Under the pieces are notes generated by a model. That model saw only the letters and a program-made list of their open reading frames with translations. It was not told the DNA's origin and searched no databases. The position numbers were made by a program, and so were the translations under genes. Below, piece by piece: positions 18,617 through 27,612 of a stretch of DNA of 64,000 nt. Numbering within the stretch: the first letter of the stretch is position 1; the number at the start of each line of letters is the position of its first letter. The DNA comes from an uncultured Candidatus Binatia bacterium (GTDB lineage: Bacteria > Desulfobacterota > Binatia > UBA9968 > JAJDTQ01), in the NCBI GenBank assembly GCA_965242525.1, contig OZ251459.1:640001-704000 (forward strand), given 5' to 3'.

Positions 18617-20142
18617 CGCCGGCTCCAGGCCAGCCAGCGCCGGAACACCTTCTTCACCAGGGGCGTCAGCCGCGTGCGGTTGTAGGCGTCGCCGGCCTGC
18701 TTGATGGCCTCGGCCTGGGTGGGGTAGGGGTGGATGACGTTGCCGATGGCGCCGAGGCCGACTTTCCCGGCCATGGCCAGGGTGATCTCGCTGATCATCT
18801 CGCCGGCGTGGCGGGCCACGATGGTGCCCCCGACGATCTTGTCGGTCCCCTTCCTGACGTGGACCTTGACGAAACCGTTTTCCTCGCCGTCGGCCAGGGC
18901 CCGATCGACTTCCCGGAGCTCCCGCACGAAGGTGTCGATGGCCACCCCCTGGCGCTCGGCGTCCCGCTCGTACAGGCCCACGTGGGCGATTTCCGGGTCG
19001 GTGTAGGTAGCCCAGGGCATGATGAGCGAGCTCAGTTTCCTGCTCTTGTAGAACAGCGCGTTCTGGATGATGATGCGCGCCGCGGCGTCGGCCGCGTGGG
19101 TGAACTTCCAGTCCATGCATACGTCGCCGCCCGCGAAGATGCGCGGATTGGTGGTCTGCAGGTAGTCGTTGACCACGATGCCCCGGGCGGGGTCGTACTG
19201 CACCCCCACCCCGTCCAGGTTGAGGCCGTCCACGTTGGGGGTGCGCCCGGCCCCCACCAGCACTTCGTCCACGGCCACCGAGTCCGCGGCCCCGTCCACC
19301 TCGAAATGGATCGTCTTCCGGCCGTTCTCCGCGGCCACCCGGGTGATGGCGCTGTTGAGCACGAGATCGATCCCCTCCTGCACGAACCGGTCCTGCACGA
19401 TGGCCGCGGCGTCGGCGTCCTCGCGGTTCAGGATGTGGCCGCCGTTGTGGAACAGCGACACTTGGCAACCCAGGCGCTGGAAGGTCTGCGCCAGTTCGCA
19501 GCCGATGGGGCCGGCGCCGATGACGGCGAGCCGCTGCGGCCGCTCGGTGAGGGAGAAGACCGTCTCGTTGGTGAGGTAGCCGGCCTCCGCCAGCCCCTCG
19601 ACAGGCGGCCGCGGCGCGTCCGCCCGGGCCCCCGAGGCGACGACGGCCTTCTTGAAGTGCAGCGCCCGGCCGTCCACCTCCACGGTCTCCGGGCCGGAGA
19701 ACCGCGCCTCCCCGAGGAACACGTCGACCCCCAGGTCGGTGAAGCGCTTCACCGAGTCGTGGTGGCTGATGTGGGAGCGGATCCGCCGCATGCGTTCCAT
19801 GACCGCGGCGAAGTCCACTTCCACGTCTTCCGGCCGGCGGAGGCCGAACAGTCCGGCTTCGCGGATCTCCGCGGCCGCGCGCGACGAACGGATGATGCAC
19901 TTGGACGGGACGCATCCCACGTTCAGGCAGTCGCCGCCCAGGTAGTGGCGCTCCACCAGGGCGACCCTGGCGCCGAGGCCCGCGGCCCCCGCCGCGGTCA
20001 CCAGCCCCGCGGTGCCGGCGCCGATGACCACCAGGTTGTAGCGGTCCGCGGGCGCGGGGTTGGTCCAGTCCTCCGGGTGGGTGTTGGACCCCAGCACCCG
20101 GTTGTAGTCGTCCTGCGGCGAAAGCTGCGGAATGTTGCGCAT
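18613..20142 (-). CDS. Flavoprotein disulfide reductase (MerA/LpdA-like, no C-terminal Cys pair)
   Basis: GAGTAG, GGDCLNVGCVPSK, GAGPIGCE, HPYPTQAE. Confidence 0.9.
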   Translation of the reverse strand: MRNIPQLSPQDDYNRVLGSNTHPEDWTNPAPADRYNLVVIGAGTAGLVTAAGAAGLGARVALVERHYLGGDCLNVGCVPSKCIIRSSRAAAEIREAGLFGLRRPEDVEVDFAAVMERMRRIRSHISHHDSVKRFTDLGVDVFLGEARFSGPETVEVDGRALHFKKAVVASGARADAPRPPVEGLAEAGYLTNETVFSLTERPQRLAVIGAGPIGCELAQTFQRLGCQVSLFHNGGHILNREDADAAAIVQDRFVQEGIDLVLNSAITRVAAENGRKTIHFEVDGAADSVAVDEVLVGAGRTPNVDGLNLDGVGVQYDPARGIVVNDYLQTTNPRIFAGGDVCMDWKFTHAADAAARIIIQNALFYKSRKLSSLIMPWATYTDPEIAHVGLYERDAERQGVAIDTFVRELREVDRALADGEENGFVKVHVRKGTDKIVGGTIVARHAGEMISEITLAMAGKVGLGAIGNVIHPYPTQAEAIKQAGDAYNRTRLTPLVKKVFRRWLAWSRR

Positions 20143-20204
20143 GAGTCCGTCCTCCCAACCCTTTGGCGGCCCGTCCGTATGCCGGGGCCCTTGCGGCCCG
20201 GCCC

Positions 20205-20903
20205 CTACGGCGCCTTCGCCTGCTTCCTCCGGTTGACGAGGGCGACGCATTTCTTGGCGATGAGGGGAAAGAGCCCCAGCAGTGCGAAGGAGAGGAGGAG
20301 CTGCCACGAAAGGATGCCGGCCAGGGAATCGATGCGGGCCAGTTGGGTGCCGGCGTTGACATAGACGACGGTGCCGGGGAGCATGCCGAGTTGGCTCACG
20401 AAGAAGAACTGCGCCGTGCGGATGGGCGTCAACCCCATCACGAGGTTGATGACGAAGAACGGAATGACCGGGATCAGCCGCATGGTGAAGAGGTAGAACA
20501 TCCCCTCGTTGGCGATGCCGTTGTTGATGGCCTCGAGCCGGTCCCCGAACTTTCCCTGGACGCTGTCCCGCAGAAGGAAACGGGCCACCAGGAACGCCAG
20601 GGTGGCGCCGATGGTGCTGCAGAACGACACGATGACGGTCCCGGTGAGCACCCCGAACAGGGCGCCCCCCAGGAGCGTCAGCACCGCGGCGCCCGGCAGC
20701 GAGAGCGACGTCACCGCCACATAGACCGCGGCGTAGGCCGCGATGGTGACCGACGGACGCTGCTGGTAGTATGCCTGGTAGGCGTCCCGCTGCGCCTTGA
20801 TGAACTCCAGGTTGAAGTACCTTCCCAGGTCGAAGACGAAGAAGCAGACCACCAGGGCCGCCACCAGCACCACGAGGGCTATCTTCACGATCCGCTGGTT
20901 CAT
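20205..20903 (-). CDS. TVP38/TMEM64 (DedA superfamily) membrane protein
   Basis: SLPGAAVLTLLGGALFG, RLIPVIPFFVINL, SQLGMLPGT. Confidence 0.92.
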   Translation of the reverse strand: MNQRIVKIALVVLVAALVVCFFVFDLGRYFNLEFIKAQRDAYQAYYQQRPSVTIAAYAAVYVAVTSLSLPGAAVLTLLGGALFGVLTGTVIVSFCSTIGATLAFLVARFLLRDSVQGKFGDRLEAINNGIANEGMFYLFTMRLIPVIPFFVINLVMGLTPIRTAQFFFVSQLGMLPGTVVYVNAGTQLARIDSLAGILSWQLLLSFALLGLFPLIAKKCVALVNRRKQAKAP

Positions 20904-20988
20904 GGACGCTCTCTCGAGGGCAGGGGCGCGCGGCCCCGGCCCCGCAACCGGGTTTCGATCGGCAGGGTTTCCTGGGCACGGTCCTTTG

Positions 20989-21096
20989 GGAACGTCTGAT
21001 CCATTCCGGCTCGAACTCCCTCTCCCGTGGGAAAGCGCGTCCTTCGACTTCGCTTCGCTACGCTCAGGACGAACGGAATCGTTGTTCGGAGTTTCT
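20989..21096 (-). mobile_element. MITE family A copy
   Basis: GGAACGTCTGA ... TTGTTCGGAGTTTC; reversed core; flanks TTTG/TTTA. Confidence 0.7.
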
Positions 21097-21168
21097 TTTA
21101 TACCCGTTGCCTTCCCATATGGCTACCGCGGTCCCCCGGCGTTGACGAACGGGTCCCCGGTCCCCATG

Positions 21169-21307
21169 GGAACGTCTGGACAACCGAGACACCGAGGATG
21201 GGTTCCCAATTCCTTCACCCTGCCCCCTGTCCCCGTTCGTCCTGAGCGTAGCGAAGCGGAGTCGAAGGACGCGCTCATGCCCCTTGTCCTGATCGTTCGG
21301 AGTTTCC
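21169..21307 (+). mobile_element. MITE family A copy
   Basis: GGAACGTCTGGACAACC ... GATCGTTCGGAGTTTCC; full core. Confidence 0.8.
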
Positions 21308-21320
21308 TATAGTCGAGGGG

Positions 21321-22085
21321 ATGTCTCGGGGGAACTCCGCGAAGGGCGGGCCGCCCGCGCCGGCCCTGGCCGTCATGGCGCGGGCGCCGGTCCCGGGCCG
21401 GGTCAAGACCCGGCTGTGTCCGCCGCTCACCCCGGAGGAGGCGGCCGACTTCTACGACTGCCTGCTGCGGGACGTGCTCGGGGACCTGTCCCGCTCGGAG
21501 CGGTGGGACACGTGGGTGGCGTATGCGGAGCGCAGCCGGGACTACTTCCTGAAGCTGGGGGAGTGCCGGGTGGCCCTGCTGCCCCAGCGCGGCGCCTCGC
21601 TGGGGGACCGCATGCACGCGGTGTTCGTGGACCTGCGCCGGGCGGGCTACCGGCAGGTGGTCCTGGTGGGCAGCGACGTCCCGACCCTTGCCAAGGCTTC
21701 CGTCAGGGCCGCGTGCGAGGTCCTGGAACGGGACCGGTGCGACGTGGCGCTCGGCCCCGCCCACGACGGCGGCTACTATCTCATGGGCCTCAGCCGTCCG
21801 GTGGAAGGGCTCTTCCGCGGCGTCTCCTGGAGCACCGGCTCGGTCCTGGACCAGACCCTGGCCCGTGCCCGGGAGTTGGGTCTGCGGACGCATCTCGTGG
21901 CCGCCGAGTACGACGTCGACGTGGCCGAGGACATGCAGCGGCTCCGGCGGGACCTGGAGGGTTCCCGCGAGCTGCGCGCCCGCCGCCCCCGGACCCACGC
22001 CTGGATGAGCCGGCGAGCGCGGGTTGCGCCGGAGGTCAGGACGCGCGGAGATGGCGGCGGGCAGCGCGGATGGCCTTGGCGCTGA
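21321..22085 (+). CDS. DUF2064/TIGR04282-type CofC-like transferase
   Basis: ARAPVPGRVKTRL, QRGASLGDRM, VGSDVP, GPA.DGGYYL.G, WST, DVD..ED. Confidence 0.88.
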   Translation: MSRGNSAKGGPPAPALAVMARAPVPGRVKTRLCPPLTPEEAADFYDCLLRDVLGDLSRSERWDTWVAYAERSRDYFLKLGECRVALLPQRGASLGDRMHAVFVDLRRAGYRQVVLVGSDVPTLAKASVRAACEVLERDRCDVALGPAHDGGYYLMGLSRPVEGLFRGVSWSTGSVLDQTLARARELGLRTHLVAAEYDVDVAEDMQRLRRDLEGSRELRARRPRTHAWMSRRARVAPEVRTRGDGGGQRGWPWR

Positions 22086-23079
22086 GGGATGAGAGTGGAT
22101 GGGAGGGGAGCTCCGCGGCCCGGACCCAGCGCCACTCGGGTCCGTCCACCCGGACCTTTCGCCGCAGCACGTGGACCGGGGCGGTGATGCGCCTGTCCGT
22201 GATGGCGTGGCGGACCACCGCCGCGGGCTCGGACCTTCCCGGCGCGGCTTCCGCGGGCAGCGCCTCGGGTCCGGGAAGCTCCCAGAGGCCCGCGAGGATG
22301 CCGCCCTCCGGGCGGCGGTGGAGGAGGATCCGCGACTTCCACTCCACGAACACCATGGGCCATTCCACCGCACGGGCGCGCATGGGCCGCCGCCGCGGAA
22401 AGCCGAAGGAGCCGGTGGCGAGGGCCCGGCACCAGTGCCCCAGGGGGCAGCGCGGGCACTCGGGCGCGGAAGGGAGGCAGAGCGTCGCGCCCAGCTCCAT
22501 GACCGCCTGGTTGAAGTCCCCCGGCCGGGACCGGGACACCATCCGTTCCGCGGCTTCCTCCGCGGCCGCGGCCCCGTCCAGTCCCCACAGGCGCGCGTAC
22601 ACGCGCCGGACGTTCCCGTCGGTTGCGGCCCAGGGCTTGCCGAAGGCGATGCTCATGACCGCGCCCGCGGTGTATCGGCCGACCCCGGGCAGGCGCAGCA
22701 GCGCACGGTGTTCGGCCGGCAGCTTGCCTCCGTGCCGGCTTACCAGCAGCCGCGCCGCGAGTTTCAGGTTGGCGGCGCGCCGGTAGTATCCCAGTCCGCT
22801 CCAGACGCTCTGCACCTCGGGCAGGGTCGCCCGGTCCAGGGCCTCCACCGAGGGGAACGCTTCCATGAAGCGGCGGTAGTAGGGCAGCACCGCGGCCACC
22901 CGGGTCTGCTGCAGCATGGTCTCCGAGACCCAGATGGCGTAGGGGTCGCGGGTGGAGCGCCAGGGCAGGGGGCGCTTGTGCCGGTCGTACCAGCGCAGCA
23001 GGGCCGCGCGTATGCGGCTCCGCGCCCTTGCCGAGGTCCCGCCGCGGGCGTCCGGAGGGGCAGGTTCCCTGGCCGTCAC
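22036..23079 (-). CDS. mutY: A/G-specific adenine glycosylase
   Basis: WVSETMLQQT, LGYYRRA, HhH LPGVGRYTA, DGNV, Cx6Cx2Cx5C 4Fe-4S loop. Confidence 0.95.
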   Translation of the reverse strand: MTAREPAPPDARGGTSARARSRIRAALLRWYDRHKRPLPWRSTRDPYAIWVSETMLQQTRVAAVLPYYRRFMEAFPSVEALDRATLPEVQSVWSGLGYYRRAANLKLAARLLVSRHGGKLPAEHRALLRLPGVGRYTAGAVMSIAFGKPWAATDGNVRRVYARLWGLDGAAAAEEAAERMVSRSRPGDFNQAVMELGATLCLPSAPECPRCPLGHWCRALATGSFGFPRRRPMRARAVEWPMVFVEWKSRILLHRRPEGGILAGLWELPGPEALPAEAAPGRSEPAAVVRHAITDRRITAPVHVLRRKVRVDGPEWRWVRAAELPSHPLSSLSAKAIRAARRHLRAS

Positions 23080-23095
23080 GGGAAGGTCCGGGGCG

Positions 23096-24193
23096 TTAGT
23101 CGCGGATGTCCTGCAAGAACCACTCCCGGGGCAGCGGGTGTCCCAGCCCCCTGGCCTTGGCCAGCTCGAACGCGGTGCCGCCCACCGCGGCGAACTGGAG
23201 ACCCTGGGTGCCCTGGTTGTTGAGGAACGTCACCTGCCGGTCGCTGGTCCTGCCGGGCCACTTGCCGGCCATGAGGTCGGGTATGGTGCCGATGTCGGCG
23301 TTGTCGATCTCGCGGATGGGCGAGGGAGGGATCTTCGTCTTCTCCTCGTCGGTGCCGGCGATGTAGGCGAACATGCCGTCGCTGCCGTGGACGGTGCCCG
23401 GCGGGGGGTTGTCCAGCACCAGTGTAGAGGCTCCCAGGCGCGCCTGCAGGTCGCACTTGGCCAGTATCTCGGGGCCGGCTTCGTTGGAGCGGACGTTGGT
23501 AATGTGCATGCCCGGCTCCACCCATTCCGGCTGCATGACCTGCACCAGGGAGTCCGTGGTCAGGGCCACGATGTCGGCGCCGCGGCACGCTCGTTCGGCG
23601 TCACCGCAGGTCTCGACGGTGAGACCCAGTTGATCGCGCATCTCCGCGGCGAAGCTCTCGCGGTTGGCCCGGGTGGGGCTGAACACCCGCAGCAACTCGA
23701 TGTCGCGCACCTCGTGGATGGCCCGGGCGTAGGTCCGCGCCATCCCGCCGGAGCCGAGCATTCCCACCACCCTGGAGTCCTGGCGGGACAGGTACTTGAC
23801 CCCGAGTCCGGCGCAGGCGCCCACCCGCATGTGCTGCAGGTAGCCGTCGTTCATCAGCGCCAGCGGCTCGCCGTTTCGCACGCTCAGGAGGAATATCAGG
23901 CCGCAATAGGTGCCCGGCTCGATGCAGTACTTGTCCTCGGTCTCGAACTCCCCGTCCCGCTCCCACACGAGCATGTCCGACTTCATGCGGATGGCCATGT
24001 AGCCCAGGGACCGGGACGCGCCTTCCATGGTGCCCCAACGGTAGTAGTGGGGCTCCCGCGGCACGTAGAAGTCGATCCGCGGCCGGTACGCGGCCTCGTT
24101 CCGGGACAGGTCGCGGTAGGCGTCCTCCATGGCGGCGATGCAGGTCTTCATGTCGAGGACTTCCTGGATGTGCTCGTTGGTCAGGAACAGCAT
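23096..24193 (-). CDS. Ornithine cyclodeaminase/mu-crystallin family protein
   Basis: GEPLALM.DG.LQHMRVGA, GSGGMA, GLQFAAVG. Confidence 0.85.
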   Translation of the reverse strand: MLFLTNEHIQEVLDMKTCIAAMEDAYRDLSRNEAAYRPRIDFYVPREPHYYRWGTMEGASRSLGYMAIRMKSDMLVWERDGEFETEDKYCIEPGTYCGLIFLLSVRNGEPLALMNDGYLQHMRVGACAGLGVKYLSRQDSRVVGMLGSGGMARTYARAIHEVRDIELLRVFSPTRANRESFAAEMRDQLGLTVETCGDAERACRGADIVALTTDSLVQVMQPEWVEPGMHITNVRSNEAGPEILAKCDLQARLGASTLVLDNPPPGTVHGSDGMFAYIAGTDEEKTKIPPSPIREIDNADIGTIPDLMAGKWPGRTSDRQVTFLNNQGTQGLQFAAVGGTAFELAKARGLGHPLPREWFLQDIRD

Positions 24194-24356
24194 GGCTCCT
24201 CCTTGTGGACGGGTTCCCCGCGGGGGACCGGAACCGGCTTGGTCGTCTCTGCGCACGGCATCCGACCATGCGCGCGGCGCCTCTCGACGGTCCGCGCCTC
24301 CGGTCCCTTCGCCTGTTCGCGCCGTTTTCGCCGGGGGCCGGAGCACCGGCGCCGGG

Positions 24357-25787
24357 CTACTGGAAGCGTGTCCCGAAGTACTTCGTCAGGTCGATGTCGT
24401 CCGTGCCCGGGACCCGGATCTCCTGTGGGTAGTCGGACTTTCGCGTGGCGTCCACGCCCACTTTGGTGACCAGATGGGACCCGCCCGCGGGGTCGTAGGA
24501 CGCCGGGTCCAGCGGGGAGCCCCTGGAGTGGGTGACCATGAACACGTCCCGGTCCGCCCGCACCCGGGTGGCGATGGCGTGCATCACGTCGCTGTCGTTG
24601 CCGATGTCCACGTCCGCGTCCACGCACACCACGAACTTGAGGAAGGGGTCCGCGGCGAACGCGGCCATGGCGGCGTTCTTGGCGTCGCCGTCGATGACCG
24701 CGTCCATCTGGATGTAGCAGATGTAGCGGGAGCGGCCGCTGGGAGGCACATACACGGCTTTGACCCCGGCGCTGGCGATGCGGCAGGTGTGGTAGATGTA
24801 GCTGTTGCGGGTCACCCCCGAGAGCAGCAGGTTGTCGGCGTGGCCCACGAAGGAGCTCTGGTAGAGCGGGCTCTTCCGCATGGTCATGGCCTTGACATAG
24901 ACCACCGGGTTGATGCGCTGGGGTCCGTAGGTGCCGGGGTACTCGCCGAAGGGCGCCTCCTCCTCCCTTTCGGTGGGGTGGATCTCGCATTCCAGCACGA
25001 TCTCCGAGCTGGCTGGCACCTCCACGTCGATGGTCTTGCACTTCACCAACTCCACCGGCTTGCCCAGCATGGCCCCGGCGATGCTGAACTCGTCGGTGTC
25101 GATGGAGGTGAAGCTCAGGTTGCCGATGTTCATGGCCGGGTGGCCGCCGATGACCGCGGCCATCTGCGTGGGCCGGCCCTTGGCCTGGTTCTTCTTGAGG
25201 ATGTAATGGCCGTGGGCGGTCTCCGAGATCTGGATGCCGAAGCGGTTCCGGCCCTTCAGTTGCAGGCGGTAGATGCCGGCGTTGCGGATGCCCGTGTCCG
25301 GGTCCTTCATCACGTCGAACGCCAGCGTGATGTAACGCCCGGCGTCCAGCTCGTGGTACTGCAGGATGGGCAGCCGGGTCACGTCCACGTCGTCGCCGGT
25401 GAGCACCACTTCGTGGCACGGCGCCGAACCCCCGTCCACCACCACCGGCGGCAGCGGGTTGGCCTCGCGCCTGCCGTACTCGTGGATGAAGTCCGCGGGC
25501 GTGGCGTCGTAGGGCAGCCCGATGGCCATGGCCAGCCGCGGAAAGCTGGCGTGCATGTTGGTGACCAGCGGGATGGAGGATCCCCTGACGTTCTCGAAGA
25601 TCACGCAGGGGAACCGCTGCTGCCTTTCCAGCTTGGCGAGGATCCCCGTGACCTCGAACACCGGGTCCACCTCCCGGGCCACCCGGACCACCTCGTCGGG
25701 ATAGTTGGCTTCGAGAAAGGCGATGGCCTCCCCGAGGGTCCGGCCCATGCCGTCGGTTGCGTTGGCGTTGGTTGCGTTGGTCGTCAT
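24357..25787 (-). CDS. UbiD-family prFMN-dependent decarboxylase
   Basis: DAGRYIT, RNAGIYR, EAPFGEYPG, VD.DVD, PLDPAS, K.GVDAT. Confidence 0.92.
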   Translation of the reverse strand: MTTNATNANATDGMGRTLGEAIAFLEANYPDEVVRVAREVDPVFEVTGILAKLERQQRFPCVIFENVRGSSIPLVTNMHASFPRLAMAIGLPYDATPADFIHEYGRREANPLPPVVVDGGSAPCHEVVLTGDDVDVTRLPILQYHELDAGRYITLAFDVMKDPDTGIRNAGIYRLQLKGRNRFGIQISETAHGHYILKKNQAKGRPTQMAAVIGGHPAMNIGNLSFTSIDTDEFSIAGAMLGKPVELVKCKTIDVEVPASSEIVLECEIHPTEREEEAPFGEYPGTYGPQRINPVVYVKAMTMRKSPLYQSSFVGHADNLLLSGVTRNSYIYHTCRIASAGVKAVYVPPSGRSRYICYIQMDAVIDGDAKNAAMAAFAADPFLKFVVCVDADVDIGNDSDVMHAIATRVRADRDVFMVTHSRGSPLDPASYDPAGGSHLVTKVGVDATRKSDYPQEIRVPGTDDIDLTKYFGTRFQ

Positions 25788-25914
25788 GGCCGGACGCTTA
25801 ACACGTGGTTCCGTCCGTCGCAAGGGACCGCGGGTGGGGTCCGGTCAGGCCGGATGAGCCTGGCGTCTGCTTCCGGACGCGGTAGCCTTGCCGATCCGCA
25901 GGGCTGGAACGGGG

Positions 25915-25994
25915 TGTAAAACTCGTATCAAGGGTCTGTATTTCTCGTGTTAACTGGGTGTATTCCTCGTATTGGCAGGCTGTATTTCTCGTAT
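25915..25994 (+). repeat. Four direct repeats with exact 22-bp period (TGTAwwyCTCGTAT-like)
   Basis: TGTAAAACTCGTAT at 25915, TGTATTTCTCGTGT at 25937, TGTATTCCTCGTAT at 25959, TGTATTTCTCGTAT at 25981. Confidence 0.85.
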
Positions 25995-26921
25995 GGAACT
26001 GTGGTAGAACTCGTGCTGGACCCACAGGATGCCCTGCAGGGTCTTCGGGGCGGAGACACGAAACGACCGCGGCTCCACGGGCGAACCCCCGGACCGATCC
26101 CCTTCACCAGCCGCGAGCGTGTCGCCGGCTGGATATTGCGCAGCGGGTACCCGGAAGCGCAGGACAAGAGTCCGCGGGCCAAACAGGTCTGGTTCAGGTC
26201 CTACTTGGAGGGACGGCTCTACAAGGACTTCGAGAGCCTGTACGCGGCCCGGGGCGACTACCACTCCAGGTTGCAGGCCCTGGCGCCGTACCTTGCCGGG
26301 CTGAGCGGCAACCTGCTGAAGTACGCCAACGTCGCCAACGACCTCGAACTGAACGACAAGCTGGTCAAGGACTACGTCGAGATCCTCGACCTCCTGTTCA
26401 TCGTCCGACGAGTGCCGGCCTACCGGAAGAACCGCGCCAACCGCCTCGCCACACGCATGCCCAAGGTCCATTACGTGGATACGGGGCTGGCGTGCCACCT
26501 GCTGGGTCTCCACGACGAAACGCAGTTGCTCGGAAGCCGCCACTACGGTCCCTTGCTGGAAAACCTGATCTACATGGAGTGCTGCAAGCACTCCGGCTGG
26601 GCGCAGGAAGACGTGGAGACGCACCATTTCAGGGACAACAGGAAGCACGAGACGGACATGGTCCTGGAACGAAGCGACGGAAGGATCATCGGCGTCGAGG
26701 TCAAGGCGTCCGCCAGCGTGAAGACCGAGGACTTCAAGGGGTTGGCGGAACTGGCGGACTTCGTGGGCGAGGCGTTCGAGAGGGGGGTGCTGTTCTATAC
26801 CGGGCAGGAGGCGCTGCCCTTCCGACACCGCGGCATGGCGTTCCACGCGCTACCGATGGGATTGTTCCTGGGTAGGGTCAGGGAAACCCCGGACGACCAT
26901 CCCCGTTCGTCCCGAGCGTAG
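25993..26921 (+). pseudogene. AAA_14/DUF4143 ATPase lacking its N-terminal ATPase domain
   Basis: GYPE, PKVHYVDTGL, G.LLEN, FRD...ETD.VLE..DG.IIG.EVK are present, but there is no Walker A/B. The stop codon lies inside a MITE. Confidence 0.75.
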
Positions 26922-27091
26922 AGATACGAAAATTCCTATTTGTCCCGAGCGTAGAGATACGAAGATTCCCCATTTGTCCGAGCATAGCGACACGAAGTGC
27001 CCCCGTTCGTCCTGAGCGTAGCGAAGCGAAGTCGAAGGACGCGCTTTTCCACAGGGGGAGAGGGTTCGAGCCGGAATTGTTCGGAGTTTCC
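26882..27091 (+). mobile_element. MITE family A copy with tandem partial cores
   Basis: GGAAACCCCGGACGACC ... AATTGTTCGGAGTTTCC; three degenerate GTCCCGAGCGTAG units before the full core. Confidence 0.78.
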
Positions 27092-27096
27092 CAAAG

Positions 27097-27123
27097 TGGA
27101 TTCCCGCTTTCGCGGGAATGACG
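27097..27123 (-). repeat. REP family B single copy
   Basis: TGGATTCCCGCTTTCGCGGGAATGACG. Confidence 0.88.
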
Positions 27124-27338
27124 GGATGGGACTTCCGCAAGGACCAGCATCCAGGGTCTCTTCCAACCGTACTTTCGCCTTTGTCCCTGTGTGGCGGTTA
27201 TGGTATCCACCAGCGTGGCGCCGGAAGCATATTCGTACTCCTCTCATGCCTTCGGGCGAGCGTGGGTTCCCTACGGCCCACCCGGCGCCCCATTCACCCT
27301 CATACGTGATCCAGGCCCGTACCGGGAAGGAGGCTACC

Positions 27339-27600
27339 ATGCCCATTCGCGCTGCCTTACTGTCCACGACCCATTCCATCCCGGGCCGTGAAACCAGCCA
27401 ATCTCTCGGCGTGATCAGCGCGGAGTGCGTCCTCGGCATCAACGTGTTCCGGGATCTCTTCGGTGTCCTTCGCGACTTCGTGGGCGGGCGTAGCGGGACG
27501 CATCAAAAGGCGTTGCGGGAAGCCAAGGAAACCTGCCTTCGCGAATTGGCCAAGGAAGCCGAGAAGCTTGGCGCTGACGCAGTGGTCGGCAATTTCACCC
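27339..27600 (+). pseudogene. ybjQ: YbjQ/UPF0145 family protein, 3'-truncated
   Basis: STTHSIPG...G.NVFRD....RD.VGGRS......L.EA...GADAVVG, after which homology is lost. No stop before the frame runs into the convergent gene; GGAGG RBS. Confidence 0.75.
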
Positions 27601-27612
27601 ACGGCAACCGCC

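Noticed and set aside
18613-20142. Mercuric reductase merA
   Set aside because: No C-terminal Cys-Cys pair and no mer genes nearby.
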